Shown here piece by piece: positions 41,356-51,876 of a DNA stretch of 64,000 bases (its first letter is position 1; the number at the start of each line of letters is the position of its first letter). The position numbers and the translations under genes were made by a program. The stretch comes from an uncultured Prevotellaceae bacterium. Lineage in GTDB: Bacteria; Bacteroidota; Bacteroidia; Bacteroidales; Muribaculaceae. The notes under the pieces are model-generated. The model was not told the DNA's origin. It saw only the letters and a list, made by a program, of their open reading frames with translations, and searched no databases. The stretch covers positions 472 through 64,471 of the forward strand of contig ONKU01000019.1 of assembly GCA_900318535.1 (NCBI GenBank), read 5' to 3'.

Positions 41356-41400
41356 TCTCTAGTTTTTAGTCCCTAGTTTCTAGTTTCTAGTTTTTAGGTT
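41352..41400 (-). repeat. Heptamer tandem array, 7 units, reverse orientation
   Basis: TTAGTCT CTAGTTT TTAGTCC CTAGTTT CTAGTTT CTAGTTT TTAGGTT; includes the wcaJ-like stop codon. Confidence 0.85.
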
Positions 41401-41407
41401 ATTCATC

Positions 41408-43252
41408 ATGGGTGATTATCATGGATTGACTCGCCGGGAGTATGCTTTGGCGCTGTTGAGGAGTTGTTATGGCTATGACAGTTTCCGCGGTCAGCAGTGG
41501 GACATCATCGACCACACGCTCGACGGGGGCGACAGCATCGTGCTCATGCCCACGGGCGGCGGCAAATCCATCTGTTATCAGATTCCGGGACTGATGAGTG
41601 ACAACGGCTTTGTCATCGTCATCTCACCGCTGCTGGCGCTCATGAACGACCAGATCGACGCCTTGCAGCAGAACGGCGTGCCCGCGCGGGCCCTGAACAG
41701 CGAGAAAAGCGAGAGCGAGAACCGGCAGACCATGGAACTGCTCATGCAGGGCAAGGTCAAGCTGCTCTACATATCTCCCGAAAAGCTGCTCAGCGAGATT
41801 GACCGCTGGTCCAATGCCATCACTGACCGTATCTGCCTGTTTGCCGTGGATGAGGCCCATTGCATCTCGCAATGGGGCCACGACTTCCGCCCCGAGTACA
41901 CCCAGCTGAGCGCACTCAAGCAACGCTACCCCGATGTCCCCGTGATGGCGCTCACCGCTACGGCCGACCGCATCACGCGCGACGACATCGCCACACAGCT
42001 CCACATTCCTGAGGGCCGGCTGTTCATCAGCTCGTTTGACCGCCCCAACATCTCGCTCAACGTCGTGCAAGGCTCCACCGGCCGCCAAAAGTTCCGCCAG
42101 ATTGTGCAGTTCATCAACCTGCACAACGATGAGAGCGGCATCATCTACTGCCTGCGCCGCAAGGATACCGAGAAAATGGCTGCCGACCTCACCCGCCTGG
42201 GCATTAAGGCCGAAGCTTTCCATGCCGCCATGAGCGCGAGCGAGAAGCAACGTGTGCAGCGCGACTTCATCAACGACGACTTGAAGGTGGTGTGCGCCAC
42301 CATCGCTTTCGGCATGGGCATCGACAAGAGCAATGTGCGCTACGTCATCCACAGCAACATGCCCCGCAACATCGAGAGCTACTATCAGGAAATAGGACGG
42401 GCGGGACGCGACGGATTACCCGCCGACGCAGTGCTGTTCTACAACTATGGCGACATGGTTACCCTGCAGTATTTTGCCCGGCAGTCCGGACAGGTGCAGA
42501 TCAACATGGACAAGCTGCGCAGCATGCAACAGTTTGCCGAGAGCGGCGTGTGCCGCCGTCGCATCCTGCTCAGCTACTTCAATGAGCGCTTTGACCACGA
42601 TTGCCACAACTGTGACGTGTGCGACAACCCGCCCGAACGCTTCGACGGCACAAAGCTGGCCCAGATGGCCTTGAGTGCCATCAAGCGCACCGATGAACAG
42701 GCCGGCTTGTACACCGTGACCGATATCCTGCGCGGCATGCGCAAAGCCGACATCGTCGAAAAAGGCTACGACAGGCTCAAGACCTTCGGTGTAGGGCATG
42801 ACCTGAGTAATGCCGAATGGAATGCCTACCTGCTGCAAATGCTGCAGATGGGACTATTCGAGGTTGCCTATGACGAAAACAACCACCTGAAAATCACCGA
42901 ATTTGGAAACGATGTGCTTTTCGGGAAGCAAACGATTGAACTCAACCGTTTCAAGCGACGCGCATTCAAGTCCGAGAAAGCCGCTCCAGTAATTGCCGAA
43001 GAAAAACAGACGGCCAAGGTGATGGACAAGGCCCTGTTCGAGAAACTGCGTGATGTGCGCAAAGCGCTCGCACAGGCGAACCATATCGCCCCCTACATGG
43101 TATTCAGCGACAAGTCACTCACAGCCATGGCCACCGAGAAGCCGACGACGCAAGCCGCCTTCGGCATCATCTACGGCGTGGGTGAATTGAAATGCCAAAA
43201 ATACTGGCGTCCCTTCACCGCCGCCATCCGCGACCATTTGGGCATCAAATGA
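41408..43252 (+). CDS. recQ: ATP-dependent DNA helicase RecQ
   Basis: [34 protein letters not shown], Zn-binding Cys cluster, RQC and HRDC domains. Confidence 0.96.
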   Translation: MGDYHGLTRREYALALLRSCYGYDSFRGQQWDIIDHTLDGGDSIVLMPTGGGKSICYQIPGLMSDNGFVIVISPLLALMNDQIDALQQNGVPARALNSEKSESENRQTMELLMQGKVKLLYISPEKLLSEIDRWSNAITDRICLFAVDEAHCISQWGHDFRPEYTQLSALKQRYPDVPVMALTATADRITRDDIATQLHIPEGRLFISSFDRPNISLNVVQGSTGRQKFRQIVQFINLHNDESGIIYCLRRKDTEKMAADLTRLGIKAEAFHAAMSASEKQRVQRDFINDDLKVVCATIAFGMGIDKSNVRYVIHSNMPRNIESYYQEIGRAGRDGLPADAVLFYNYGDMVTLQYFARQSGQVQINMDKLRSMQQFAESGVCRRRILLSYFNERFDHDCHNCDVCDNPPERFDGTKLAQMALSAIKRTDEQAGLYTVTDILRGMRKADIVEKGYDRLKTFGVGHDLSNAEWNAYLLQMLQMGLFEVAYDENNHLKITEFGNDVLFGKQTIELNRFKRRAFKSEKAAPVIAEEKQTAKVMDKALFEKLRDVRKALAQANHIAPYMVFSDKSLTAMATEKPTTQAAFGIIYGVGELKCQKYWRPFTAAIRDHLGIK

Positions 43253-44591
43253 TGCCAGAGAGGTAGAGGAAGATGAAGAAAATGGAAACCGGTGCGATGT
43301 AACGCAGGCAGAAGATGAGATAAGGCTCCACGATTGTGCCCTTTAAGCGACCGCCATTGGTCAACTGGTCATGAACGACCTTGCGGTCAAGAATCCATCC
43401 CACATAAACGGCAGTGAACAGTCCGCCCAGCAGCATGAAGATGTTGCTGGCGGCATAGTCCATCATGTCGAAGATGTTCTTGCCCCACAACTTGATGTCG
43501 TCAAGCACATTGAACGACAAGGCGGCCACAGTAGCCAACACAAAAGTGAACATCGCAGTCCAGGCGATGGCACGAGGTCGTGACATCTTGTGCTCCTCGA
43601 TGAGGAACGTGATGGGAATCTCGCTCAAGGAAATCGTCGAGGTCAAGGAGGCAAAGAACACCAGCAGGAAGAACAGCAGGGCCCAGAAATAGCCCCCTGA
43701 CATCTGCTGGAAAATACTCGGCAACACCTCAAAAATCAGACGAGGACCAGCAGTGGGCTCCACGCCAAAAGAGAAAACCGCAGGGAATATCATCACACCC
43801 GACAGGATGGCCACCATGGTGTCGAGCACGGCAACGGTCGTGGCATCCTTGGACAGCGAGGTGTCATCCTTGAAATAGGAACTGTAGGTCACCAGGCACG
43901 AGATGCCGATGGAAAGTGACAGAAATGCCTGGCCAAAAGCGTCCAGCACGCCACGCATGGTCAGTGCCGAAAAATCGGGATAGAACAGGAACTTGAGGCC
44001 CTTGCCTGCACCTGGCAGGAGCAACGAATTGATACAGAAAACGATGAGGATGACGAACAGTAGCGGCATCATGATCCTAGCCACGCGCTCGATGCCTTTC
44101 TCGATGCCACGGCTCATCACCAAGAAGTTGAGAATGAGGAAGAGCACTGTCCAGCCCACGCAACGCTCAGGACTGGTAACCAATGACGTGAACATGCTGT
44201 TGTACTCATCAGGTGTGTGGCCAATCAAGTGGCCTACTGCAGCCTGATAAAGGTACTCAATGATCCAGCCGCACACTACACTGTAGAAACCGATGACGAT
44301 AAAACTGCCCAGGATGCACAAGTAGGTGAACAGATAATACTTCTTGCCCGGAGAGAGACGCTTTAACGCGGCCTTCATGTTGCTATGCGTCGAACGCCCG
44401 ATAATGAACTCACTCAATATCACGGGAATACCCATCACCAAGATGCAGCAGATGTACACAAGAATAAAGGCACCGCCTCCGTTCACACCTGCCTCGTAGG
44501 GGAAGCGCCAGATGTTTCCCAAACCCACTGCCGAGCCTACAGCCGCGGCGATGGCACCCATACGTGTTGCAAATCCTCCTCGTTTTGCCAT
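43245..44591 (-). CDS. Sodium-dependent transporter (NSS/SNF family)
   Basis: [28 protein letters not shown]; about 11 TM. Confidence 0.93.
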   Translation of the reverse strand: MAKRGGFATRMGAIAAAVGSAVGLGNIWRFPYEAGVNGGGAFILVYICCILVMGIPVILSEFIIGRSTHSNMKAALKRLSPGKKYYLFTYLCILGSFIVIGFYSVVCGWIIEYLYQAAVGHLIGHTPDEYNSMFTSLVTSPERCVGWTVLFLILNFLVMSRGIEKGIERVARIMMPLLFVILIVFCINSLLLPGAGKGLKFLFYPDFSALTMRGVLDAFGQAFLSLSIGISCLVTYSSYFKDDTSLSKDATTVAVLDTMVAILSGVMIFPAVFSFGVEPTAGPRLIFEVLPSIFQQMSGGYFWALLFFLLVFFASLTSTISLSEIPITFLIEEHKMSRPRAIAWTAMFTFVLATVAALSFNVLDDIKLWGKNIFDMMDYAASNIFMLLGGLFTAVYVGWILDRKVVHDQLTNGGRLKGTIVEPYLIFCLRYIAPVSIFFIFLYLSGII

Positions 44592-44683
44592 AATATACTA
44601 CTTAGATTTAATGGTGGCAAAAGTAGCACAATCTGCCGACATCATCAAACCTAATGCAACATTTTTATCCAGAATAAAGCCGT

Positions 44684-44989
44684 TCAGAACTGCGGTACGG
44701 GATCCAGGCGGCGCGGTTTGACAGGAGCCTTAGGTTTCTTGGGCGAAGAATGTTTGGATTGGCGCTTTTTCTTTGCCTGCTTGTGGCGGGTAGGCTTGTC
44801 GGCCACGACCACAACCGAATCGGTCTCAGCCTCGAAGGCTTCCACTGCAGCCTGGGCCACTGGAGGAGGCGGAGTCGTTTTTTTCAGCTTGACAACGGCA
44901 GTGACAAGCAACAACACGACTATCAGCGCCAACAGGACTATAGTCCCACGCCGCTCTCGCCTCGTCATGTCGAAAAACCCTTTTTTCAT
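44684..44989 (-). CDS. Small single-pass membrane protein with a basic tail
   Basis: FFDMTRRERRG + TM + Lys-rich region; -7 element at 45023-45030 on the - strand. Confidence 0.65.
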   Translation of the reverse strand: MKKGFFDMTRRERRGTIVLLALIVVLLLVTAVVKLKKTTPPPPVAQAAVEAFEAETDSVVVVADKPTRHKQAKKKRQSKHSSPKKPKAPVKPRRLDPVPQF

Positions 44990-45180
44990 CGTGTATTACT
45001 GCTCAGGTTGTGAATGCCTGCACAAAAGTAGCCAAAATCATCCTGCAGTCAAGCTGGATTATGTCTCTTTTTTTATTCTGCAGCGATTTTCAATTCATTT
45101 TTCACGGCAAAAAAAGTTTGGTATTAGAAAAATGATTACTTTTGCACTTTAAATAATCAATTAAGAGACAAAATCTACAG

Positions 45181-45639
45181 ATGAAGAGTTTTATTCTGTC
45201 AATTCCTAAATTTGTGCCCTCGTTAATCATGATACTGGCGGCGCTATACTTCACGTTCGCCGATAATCCTTTGGGCATCAATGGATTGAAAGTATTCCCC
45301 TATGCCGAACAAGTAGGGCATTTCATTCTCTATTTCCTGGTTGCTCTGGTTTTCATTCTTGATTATGCTAAATCCAAGTTGCCCCATCACAGCAAGATCA
45401 ACCAGGAGATGGCCCTGGCTGCCGTCAGTGCCGTGATGGCATTGCTGTTAGAGATTGGCTTAATGTGGAAAACCAACGGTTACAACTACGACGTCAGCAA
45501 CATCTATGTAGCCACACTGGGCGCTGCGCTAGCATTTTTGTTCTACCACTTCTGGTTGCTGCACCCGTTCCGCCACTACCTGTATCACTCCATACAGCAC
45601 CACTGGCGCTATCAGCATCGCCGCAAGAAAAAGAAATAA
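45181..45639 (+). CDS. VanZ-like membrane protein
   Basis: HFILYF motif, 4 TM, His/Lys-rich C-terminus; -7 element TACTTTTG 45137-45144. Confidence 0.55.
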   Translation: MKSFILSIPKFVPSLIMILAALYFTFADNPLGINGLKVFPYAEQVGHFILYFLVALVFILDYAKSKLPHHSKINQEMALAAVSAVMALLLEIGLMWKTNGYNYDVSNIYVATLGAALAFLFYHFWLLHPFRHYLYHSIQHHWRYQHRRKKKK

Positions 45640-45733
45640 AGCGCTACCGCTGTAAGAGAAAAAAAACTGAAAAGAAACATTTTTTAGGCAATATCTTTTT
45701 TTTTCAAAGATATTGCCTAAATTTGTCATCTAA

Positions 45734-45782
45734 AACCAACAACTCAGGACTAGGGACCAGAATCTTAAAACCAAGAACTGAA
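45734..45782 (+). repeat. Heptamer tandem array
   Basis: AACCAAC AACTCAG GACTAGG GACCAGA ATCTTAA AACCAAG AACTGAA, ending 1 nt before ATG 45784. Confidence 0.75.
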
Positions 45783-45783
45783 T

Positions 45784-46947
45784 ATGCTGTTTTCCGACAA
45801 GATCAAACAACTGCGCCTAGAGAGCGGCAAGCTGCAAAAAGACCTCGCCAAAGCCATTGGCGTTGATGTGCCTGCCTACAGCCGATTTGAGCACGGTGAG
45901 CGTAGGCCCAAACGCGACCAGGTGCTGCGTCTGGCCCGCATCTTCAAGACCGACCCCGATGAGCTGGTTGCAGCATGGCTTGCAGATGAGGCATACTCCC
46001 ACATTGCCCAAGACAAGATGGCCACACAAGCTGCCGCTATGCTCCACGAGATGCTTGGCGGGCACTCGACCGGCAACCAGCAAGCACCCGCAACGGAGCC
46101 CGCACAACCAGCCGCAACTCCAGTGCCCATGGCAACACGCAACCTCATCAAGCGGTTAGGCCGCTCGTTGATGCCACACTATGAGCAGGGCGATGCCGCG
46201 ACCGTGATGCAGCGCATCGAGGACGAGAGTATCGACTGCATCGTCACCACCCCGCCCTACTGGCGCCGCCGCACCCAGGGCACCGAGAGCATCACCGCCA
46301 CCAGCAAGGAAGATTTCGTCAACGAGTTGTTGCAAACCATGGCCCAAGCATGGCGTGTGCTCAAGCCTCAAGGTTCGTTGTGGCTCAACATGGGTGACGA
46401 CACGACCGACGGCTTCGTACAGGGTATCCCATGGCGCGTGGTACTCCAGATGATTGACAATCAAGGATGGCAGCTGGTCAACGAAGTGGTATGGAATAAG
46501 ACCACAACCTCCCCCCAAGGCAGTCAGGACCACCTGCGCAAGGTGCACGAGTTCATGTTCCATCTGGTCAAGAGCGATGACTTCTACTACAATGACGAAG
46601 CGTTGCGGCGCACCTTCGCCTTAATCATGCGGCACGAGGGGAAAGACCGCGGCAAACCCGCCAAAGGGAAACAGCACCAAGGACTCGTGCCCAGCGATGT
46701 ATGGACAATAGGTGTGCAGCGCTCGGGTATTGCCCACTACTGTGTTGCCCCCGACACGCTTTACCGCTTGCCTCTGGTGGCCACCTGCCCGCGCGACGGC
46801 ATCGTCCTTGACCCCTACTGCGGAACCGGCACGGCTTGCAAAATCGCCTACGAAATGAACCTGCGCAGCATCGGCATTGACATCAACGCAGAATACATCA
46901 GGCAAGCCCGCGCCACCACCGAAGCCAAGCCTTTAAGCCTCTTCTGA
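45784..46947 (+). CDS. XRE-type HTH fused to a beta-class N4/N6 DNA methyltransferase
   Basis: IKQLR...QKDLAKAIG...YSRFEHGER; motif IV VTTPPY precedes motif I DPYCGTGT. Confidence 0.85.
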   Translation: MLFSDKIKQLRLESGKLQKDLAKAIGVDVPAYSRFEHGERRPKRDQVLRLARIFKTDPDELVAAWLADEAYSHIAQDKMATQAAAMLHEMLGGHSTGNQQAPATEPAQPAATPVPMATRNLIKRLGRSLMPHYEQGDAATVMQRIEDESIDCIVTTPPYWRRRTQGTESITATSKEDFVNELLQTMAQAWRVLKPQGSLWLNMGDDTTDGFVQGIPWRVVLQMIDNQGWQLVNEVVWNKTTTSPQGSQDHLRKVHEFMFHLVKSDDFYYNDEALRRTFALIMRHEGKDRGKPAKGKQHQGLVPSDVWTIGVQRSGIAHYCVAPDTLYRLPLVATCPRDGIVLDPYCGTGTACKIAYEMNLRSIGIDINAEYIRQARATTEAKPLSLF

Positions 46948-47021
46948 TCAATCTAGAGCATTCAAGACGCCACGGGTATCTGGATTTTTTGTAATTTTGC
47001 AGCCAAAATTACAATTCAGGC

Positions 47022-48965
47022 ATGATATCGATACAAGGACTCAAAGTGGAATTCGGCAGCCAAGTGCTGTTCGAGAATATCAGCTACGTCATCAACAAGC
47101 GCGACAAGATTGCGCTGGTTGGCAAGAACGGCGCTGGCAAAACCACCATGTTGAGAATCATTACTGGCGAGCAAATGCCCACCAGCGGCACGGTATCACG
47201 CCAAGCCGACATCACCATCGGCTATCTGCCTCAGCAGATGCAGCTCAAGGATGAGTTTACCGTCAAAGAGGAAGCGGGGCGAGCTTTTGAGCACTTGCAG
47301 CAGATGGATGCCACCATCGACCGAATGAACCAGGAACTGGCCGAGCGCACTGACTATGACAGTGAAGAGTACCAGGAATTGATCGAGCGAGTGGCCCAAA
47401 AGACCGAACTGCGGGCCCTGATGCAGAGCGAAAACATCGAGGCCGAGATTGAGAAGACCCTGATGGGCCTGGGATTTGAACGTAGCGACTTTAACCGACC
47501 CACTAAAGAGTTCAGCGGCGGCTGGCGCATGCGTATCGAGTTGGCCAAACTGTTGCTGCGACGCCCTGACGTGTTGTTGCTCGATGAGCCGACCAACCAT
47601 CTGGACATCGAGTCTATCCAGTGGCTGGAAACCTTCTTGAAAAACCGCAACGGCGCCTTGCTGCTTGTCTCGCACGACCGCGCCTTCATTGATAATGTGA
47701 CCAACCGCACTATCGAGATTTCGTTAGGCAAAATCTATGACTACAATGTGAGCTACAGCCAGTTTGTGGAGCTGCGCAAGGAACGCGTCGAGCAGCAGAT
47801 GCGAGCTTACGAGAACCAGCAGAAGCTCATCCACGATACCGAGGACTTTATTGAACGGTTCCGCTACAAGGCCACCAAGGCCGTGCAAGTGCAAAGCCGC
47901 ATCAAGATGCTTGACAAGCTAGAGCGCATCGAGGTCGATGAGGTGGACCGCAGCCGCATGAGGCTGAAATTCCCGCCCGCTCCCCGCAGCGGCGACTATC
48001 CTGTCATTGCCGAGGACCTGCGCAAGGACTACGGCAACCTTAACGTCTTCCATGATGTGACATTCACCATTAAGCGCGGCGAGAAGGTCGCCTTCGTGGG
48101 CAAGAACGGTGCGGGCAAATCGACCCTCGTCAAGTGTATCATGGGCGAAATCCCCTTCGACGGCAAACTGCAAATCGGGCACAACGTAAAAATCGGCTAT
48201 TTCGCTCAAAACCAGGCGCAGTTGCTCGATGAGACGCTGACAGTGCACGACACTATCGATTATGTTGCAGTGGGCGACATACGCACACGCATCAACGACA
48301 TACTGGGCGCCTTCATGTTCGGTGGCAAGAATGCCGACAAGAAGGTTAAAGTACTCAGCGGCGGCGAAAAGAGCCGTCTGGCCATGATTCGTCTGCTGCT
48401 TCAACCCGTCAACCTGCTCATCCTCGATGAGCCCACCAACCACCTGGACATGCCCAGCAAGGATGTGTTGAAAGAGGCCATCCAAGCCTTTGAGGGCACA
48501 GTCATTGTCGTATCGCATGACCGCGACTTCCTGAATGGCATCGTCAGCAAGGTGTATGAGTTCGGTGAGCATCGCGTGCGCGAGCACCTGGGCGGCATCT
48601 ATGACTTCCTGCAGAAAAAACAGCTTGACTCGCTGCAACAGCTAGAGGCCAAGCAAGCACCCGCAGCTACGATTAACGAGGATTCACCCGAGCCTACTGC
48701 CAGCCAGGGCAAAATGGACTACCAGCGGCAAAAGGAACACGAGCGACGCATCCGTCAAGCCGAGAAAAAGGTAAAAACCTGTGAAGCGAAAATCGCCGAA
48801 TTGGAGCAGCAACTCGCTGACATCGAGGACAAACTGTCCACCGCCACCAGCGAGAATGTCGACATCTACTACAAGCACTCCCAAATCAGCCGCGAACTCG
48901 ACGACATCATGGCCCAATGGGAGCAAGCCAGCGCCGAACTCGAAAAAGTGAAAGAATTAAGATGA
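47022..48965 (+). CDS. ABC-F family ATP-binding protein
   Basis: Two ABC domains (GKNGAGKT/S, FSGGW/LSGGE, DEPTNHLD), no TM, C-terminal coiled coil. Confidence 0.95.
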   Translation: MISIQGLKVEFGSQVLFENISYVINKRDKIALVGKNGAGKTTMLRIITGEQMPTSGTVSRQADITIGYLPQQMQLKDEFTVKEEAGRAFEHLQQMDATIDRMNQELAERTDYDSEEYQELIERVAQKTELRALMQSENIEAEIEKTLMGLGFERSDFNRPTKEFSGGWRMRIELAKLLLRRPDVLLLDEPTNHLDIESIQWLETFLKNRNGALLLVSHDRAFIDNVTNRTIEISLGKIYDYNVSYSQFVELRKERVEQQMRAYENQQKLIHDTEDFIERFRYKATKAVQVQSRIKMLDKLERIEVDEVDRSRMRLKFPPAPRSGDYPVIAEDLRKDYGNLNVFHDVTFTIKRGEKVAFVGKNGAGKSTLVKCIMGEIPFDGKLQIGHNVKIGYFAQNQAQLLDETLTVHDTIDYVAVGDIRTRINDILGAFMFGGKNADKKVKVLSGGEKSRLAMIRLLLQPVNLLILDEPTNHLDMPSKDVLKEAIQAFEGTVIVVSHDRDFLNGIVSKVYEFGEHRVREHLGGIYDFLQKKQLDSLQQLEAKQAPAATINEDSPEPTASQGKMDYQRQKEHERRIRQAEKKVKTCEAKIAELEQQLADIEDKLSTATSENVDIYYKHSQISRELDDIMAQWEQASAELEKVKELR

Positions 48966-49501
48966 GATTAGTCCAAATCAATAGCGGGAATGCTGATGAC
49001 GTGGAGTTGAGGAGGCTCTATGAGACGGCGTTTCCTGTGCAGGAGCAGATTCCTTACGATGACCTCATCCATCTGTTGGATGTCATGGACATCGACTATA
49101 CCGCCTACTATGACGATGAGGCGTTCGTTGGCCTGACTATGGTGCTGCGCCTGCCCAAATACAACTGGTGGTGGTACTTTGCGGTGAAAGAGGAACTGCG
49201 TGGCAAAGGTATCGGGCAGAAAATCCTGGGCTGCATACTTGACAAGTACCGCGAGGGGCGCCCCTTCATCATGGATATCGAATCTCCCCTGCAGGCTGAT
49301 GCGCCTAATCCTGAGCAACGCCGCCGTCGCCACGCATTCTACCTGCGCAACGGCATGAAGGACACAGGCACGAGCCGCACTTGGGACGGTCTCACCTTCA
49401 CCATCCTGACCAACAGCGACGAGCCATTCACCCAGCAGGACTATGAAGACATCGTCACCGCCCTGCGCGCCGCGTGGAAAAACATGCCTGGCGGACAATA
49501 A
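48962..49501 (+). CDS. GNAT family acetyltransferase
   Basis: AVKEELRGKGIG, RHAFYLRNG; ATGA overlap with the ABC-F stop. Confidence 0.85.
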   Translation: MRLVQINSGNADDVELRRLYETAFPVQEQIPYDDLIHLLDVMDIDYTAYYDDEAFVGLTMVLRLPKYNWWWYFAVKEELRGKGIGQKILGCILDKYREGRPFIMDIESPLQADAPNPEQRRRRHAFYLRNGMKDTGTSRTWDGLTFTILTNSDEPFTQQDYEDIVTALRAAWKNMPGGQ

Positions 49502-49557
49502 GACAATTTAACCATTATCACTTGCCTGTTTCATCCCAATCGCCTATTTTTGCGGGC

Positions 49558-50520
49558 ATGAAGCGGGTTTTATTCATATTCATGGCGATGGTCGCTCTTC
49601 TCGGGGCGGCACAAGAGAATCAGCCCATCAGGCTGCAGTTTGACCAATCCAAAATCAGTCCGCAGTTCACCATGCCCGAGTTGCCCGCGCCTATCACTCC
49701 TGCCACCGCCATCTCCCCCACCTTCAACGCCAATCTGCCCACGGCCGCCGACCTCAAGCTAGACTACCGCATGAATCGCCATGCCTACTCGTTGGCCATC
49801 TACCAGCAAGACATGCGCAACAATCGCATGAGCGCCATGCCGCAGTTCCGTTACGACACCAGCCCCTATGGCCATGACTATGCTGTAGGCGGTGTCATTA
49901 CCCGTGTGGGCAATGGATATCTTACAGGTGCAGGCTCTCACACGACCTATCTCGGCATGGGCAATATGGCGAGCGCCAGCGTCGCCTTCACGATGCCCAT
50001 GGGTGACCGCTTTCAAGTCACGGCCGGCGTGACCGGCAGCAAGTACCATTTTGACCGAAGCGCCTGGAACGACTATGGCGTGTTTGGCAATGCCTCGTTC
50101 CGCCTCAACGACCGCCTGTCCCTCAACGCATTCGGTCAATACTACGTCAACCAGCAGTTTCACTCGGTGGCCACGATGCCGTTCTTGGGCAGCTCGTCCT
50201 ACGGTGGCACCTTGGGATGGCGTGCCAGCGACAAATTCTCGCTCGACGTGGGCGCCCGCCGCATTTACGACCCTTACACGGGCCGATGGCGCACCCTGCC
50301 AGTCGTGCAGCCCACCTTCTCCCTCTTTGGGGCACCTATCTCGTTTGATGCAGGCCCCTTTATTTATCAGTTGCTTGACAATTTAATAGGCAGCGGCAAG
50401 AAAGACCGTGACTGGGGCGACCCGCGTTACCGTCCAGTATCTGCTCCCGGTGCCGTCACCAGCCAGCCCGGCTTCAACCCCAATAGTCCCGTTCCCATCC
50501 CCGACGCCTTCCGCCATTGA
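49558..50520 (+). CDS. Hypothetical secreted protein, possibly a beta-barrel
   Basis: Signal peptide and amphipathic beta-strand pattern; -7 element at 49545-49552. Confidence 0.6.
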   Translation: MKRVLFIFMAMVALLGAAQENQPIRLQFDQSKISPQFTMPELPAPITPATAISPTFNANLPTAADLKLDYRMNRHAYSLAIYQQDMRNNRMSAMPQFRYDTSPYGHDYAVGGVITRVGNGYLTGAGSHTTYLGMGNMASASVAFTMPMGDRFQVTAGVTGSKYHFDRSAWNDYGVFGNASFRLNDRLSLNAFGQYYVNQQFHSVATMPFLGSSSYGGTLGWRASDKFSLDVGARRIYDPYTGRWRTLPVVQPTFSLFGAPISFDAGPFIYQLLDNLIGSGKKDRDWGDPRYRPVSAPGAVTSQPGFNPNSPVPIPDAFRH

Positions 50521-50599
50521 TTGTTTTATGGTTTTTTAGAGCCATGGATTTGGGCAGGTGCAAAAGATATTGTAATTTTGCACGTTAAACCACTATTGA

Positions 50600-51301
50600 A
50601 TGGATATCAAGGGCACCATAGAGGACATCATCAGGGAAGATCTTGCCGAGATTTGGTCTATCCTGAACAGCGACGAGAAGCATCTCATCGCTGAGAACTT
50701 CGTTGTCCACACCTACCGCAAGGGCCAGATCATCTATGCCGAAAAGGATGAGCCACAGTTCCTGTGGGTGCTCATCAAGGGCAAGGTGAAACGGTTCAAG
50801 AACGGCATTGGCGGCAAGCAGCAGATTCTGCGCCTTTACCGCCCCATCCAGTACTTCGGCTATCGGGCATGGTTTGCCAACGAGCCCTATGTGGCCAGCA
50901 CCATGGCCATCGAGCCGTCCCAAGTGGGAACGATTCCCATGTCGGTAGTGAAACAGCTCATCGACGGCAACATGAAATTGGCATGGTTCTTTATTCACGA
51001 GTTATCCAAGCATTTGGGCGGTAGCGACTCCAAGGTGGTCACCCTTACCCAAAAACACATCCGCGGCCGACTGGCCGAGGCCCTGTGCATGCTGGTGGAC
51101 AACTACGGCTACGAGGACGATGGCAAGACACTCAAAATCTACATGGCGCGTGAGGACCTGGCTAACCTGTCAAACATGACCACTGCCAATGCCATCCGCA
51201 CCCTATCGACCTTCGCCCAGGAACGTATCATCACTGTTGACGGTCGCCGCATCCGCATCGTTGACGAGTCCACCTTGCGCAACATCAGCCGATTTGGATA
51301 A
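50600..51301 (+). CDS. Crp/Fnr family regulator, Cur (BT4338/MalR)-like
   Basis: cNMP-binding domain plus LTQKHIRGRLAE...SREDL-like MAREDLANLSNMTTANAIRTLS HTH, matching the Bacteroides Cur sequence as recalled. Confidence 0.88.
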   Translation: MDIKGTIEDIIREDLAEIWSILNSDEKHLIAENFVVHTYRKGQIIYAEKDEPQFLWVLIKGKVKRFKNGIGGKQQILRLYRPIQYFGYRAWFANEPYVASTMAIEPSQVGTIPMSVVKQLIDGNMKLAWFFIHELSKHLGGSDSKVVTLTQKHIRGRLAEALCMLVDNYGYEDDGKTLKIYMAREDLANLSNMTTANAIRTLSTFAQERIITVDGRRIRIVDESTLRNISRFG

Positions 51302-51306
51302 CGACT

Positions 51307-51873
51307 ATGATTATCGCAAAACAAAAACGCCAAGAAAACATTGCTGAATATCTCCTCTACCTGTGGCAGGTCGAGGACTTGTTGCGTGCCTGCAACCTGG
51401 ATATCGACAAGGTCGAGAAAGCCGTCATCGGCCGTTATGACGTTGACGATAAGACCCGCAACGAAATCAAGGACTGGTACGAGTCGTTAATCAAGATGAT
51501 GGAGTTGGAGAACGTGCGTGAGCGCGGCCACATCCGCGTGTGCCACAACGTGCTCATCCGCCTCAACGACCTGCACATGCAACTGCTGGCCAACCAGGAC
51601 CGCTTTCCCGACTACCATGCCGACTACTACCGCACGCTGCCCTTTATCGTGCAGCTGCGCGCCACCCTGCCCGAGCAGGAACGTCCCAGCGAACTGGAAA
51701 CCTGCTTCAACGCGTTGTATGGCGTGATGATGCTGCACCTGCAGGGCAAAGAGATTTCACAAGACACTGCAGCTGCCATCAGCCAGATTTCCCACTTCAT
51801 CGGCATGCTTGCCGCCTACTACAAGCGCGATGAGGAGAAACCGCTCTTTGGCGACGACTTAAACGACAATTGA
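51307..51873 (+). CDS. DUF4924 family protein
   Basis: MIIAKQKRQENIAEYLLYLWQVEDL N-terminus; sits before rfbD-prfC. Confidence 0.8.
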   Translation: MIIAKQKRQENIAEYLLYLWQVEDLLRACNLDIDKVEKAVIGRYDVDDKTRNEIKDWYESLIKMMELENVRERGHIRVCHNVLIRLNDLHMQLLANQDRFPDYHADYYRTLPFIVQLRATLPEQERPSELETCFNALYGVMMLHLQGKEISQDTAAAISQISHFIGMLAAYYKRDEEKPLFGDDLNDN

Positions 51874-51876
51874 CCC

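Noticed and set aside
41352-41400. Heptamer arrays as CRISPR repeats or telomere-like ends
   Set aside because: No spacers, arrays under 50 bp, and all are internal intergenic sites.
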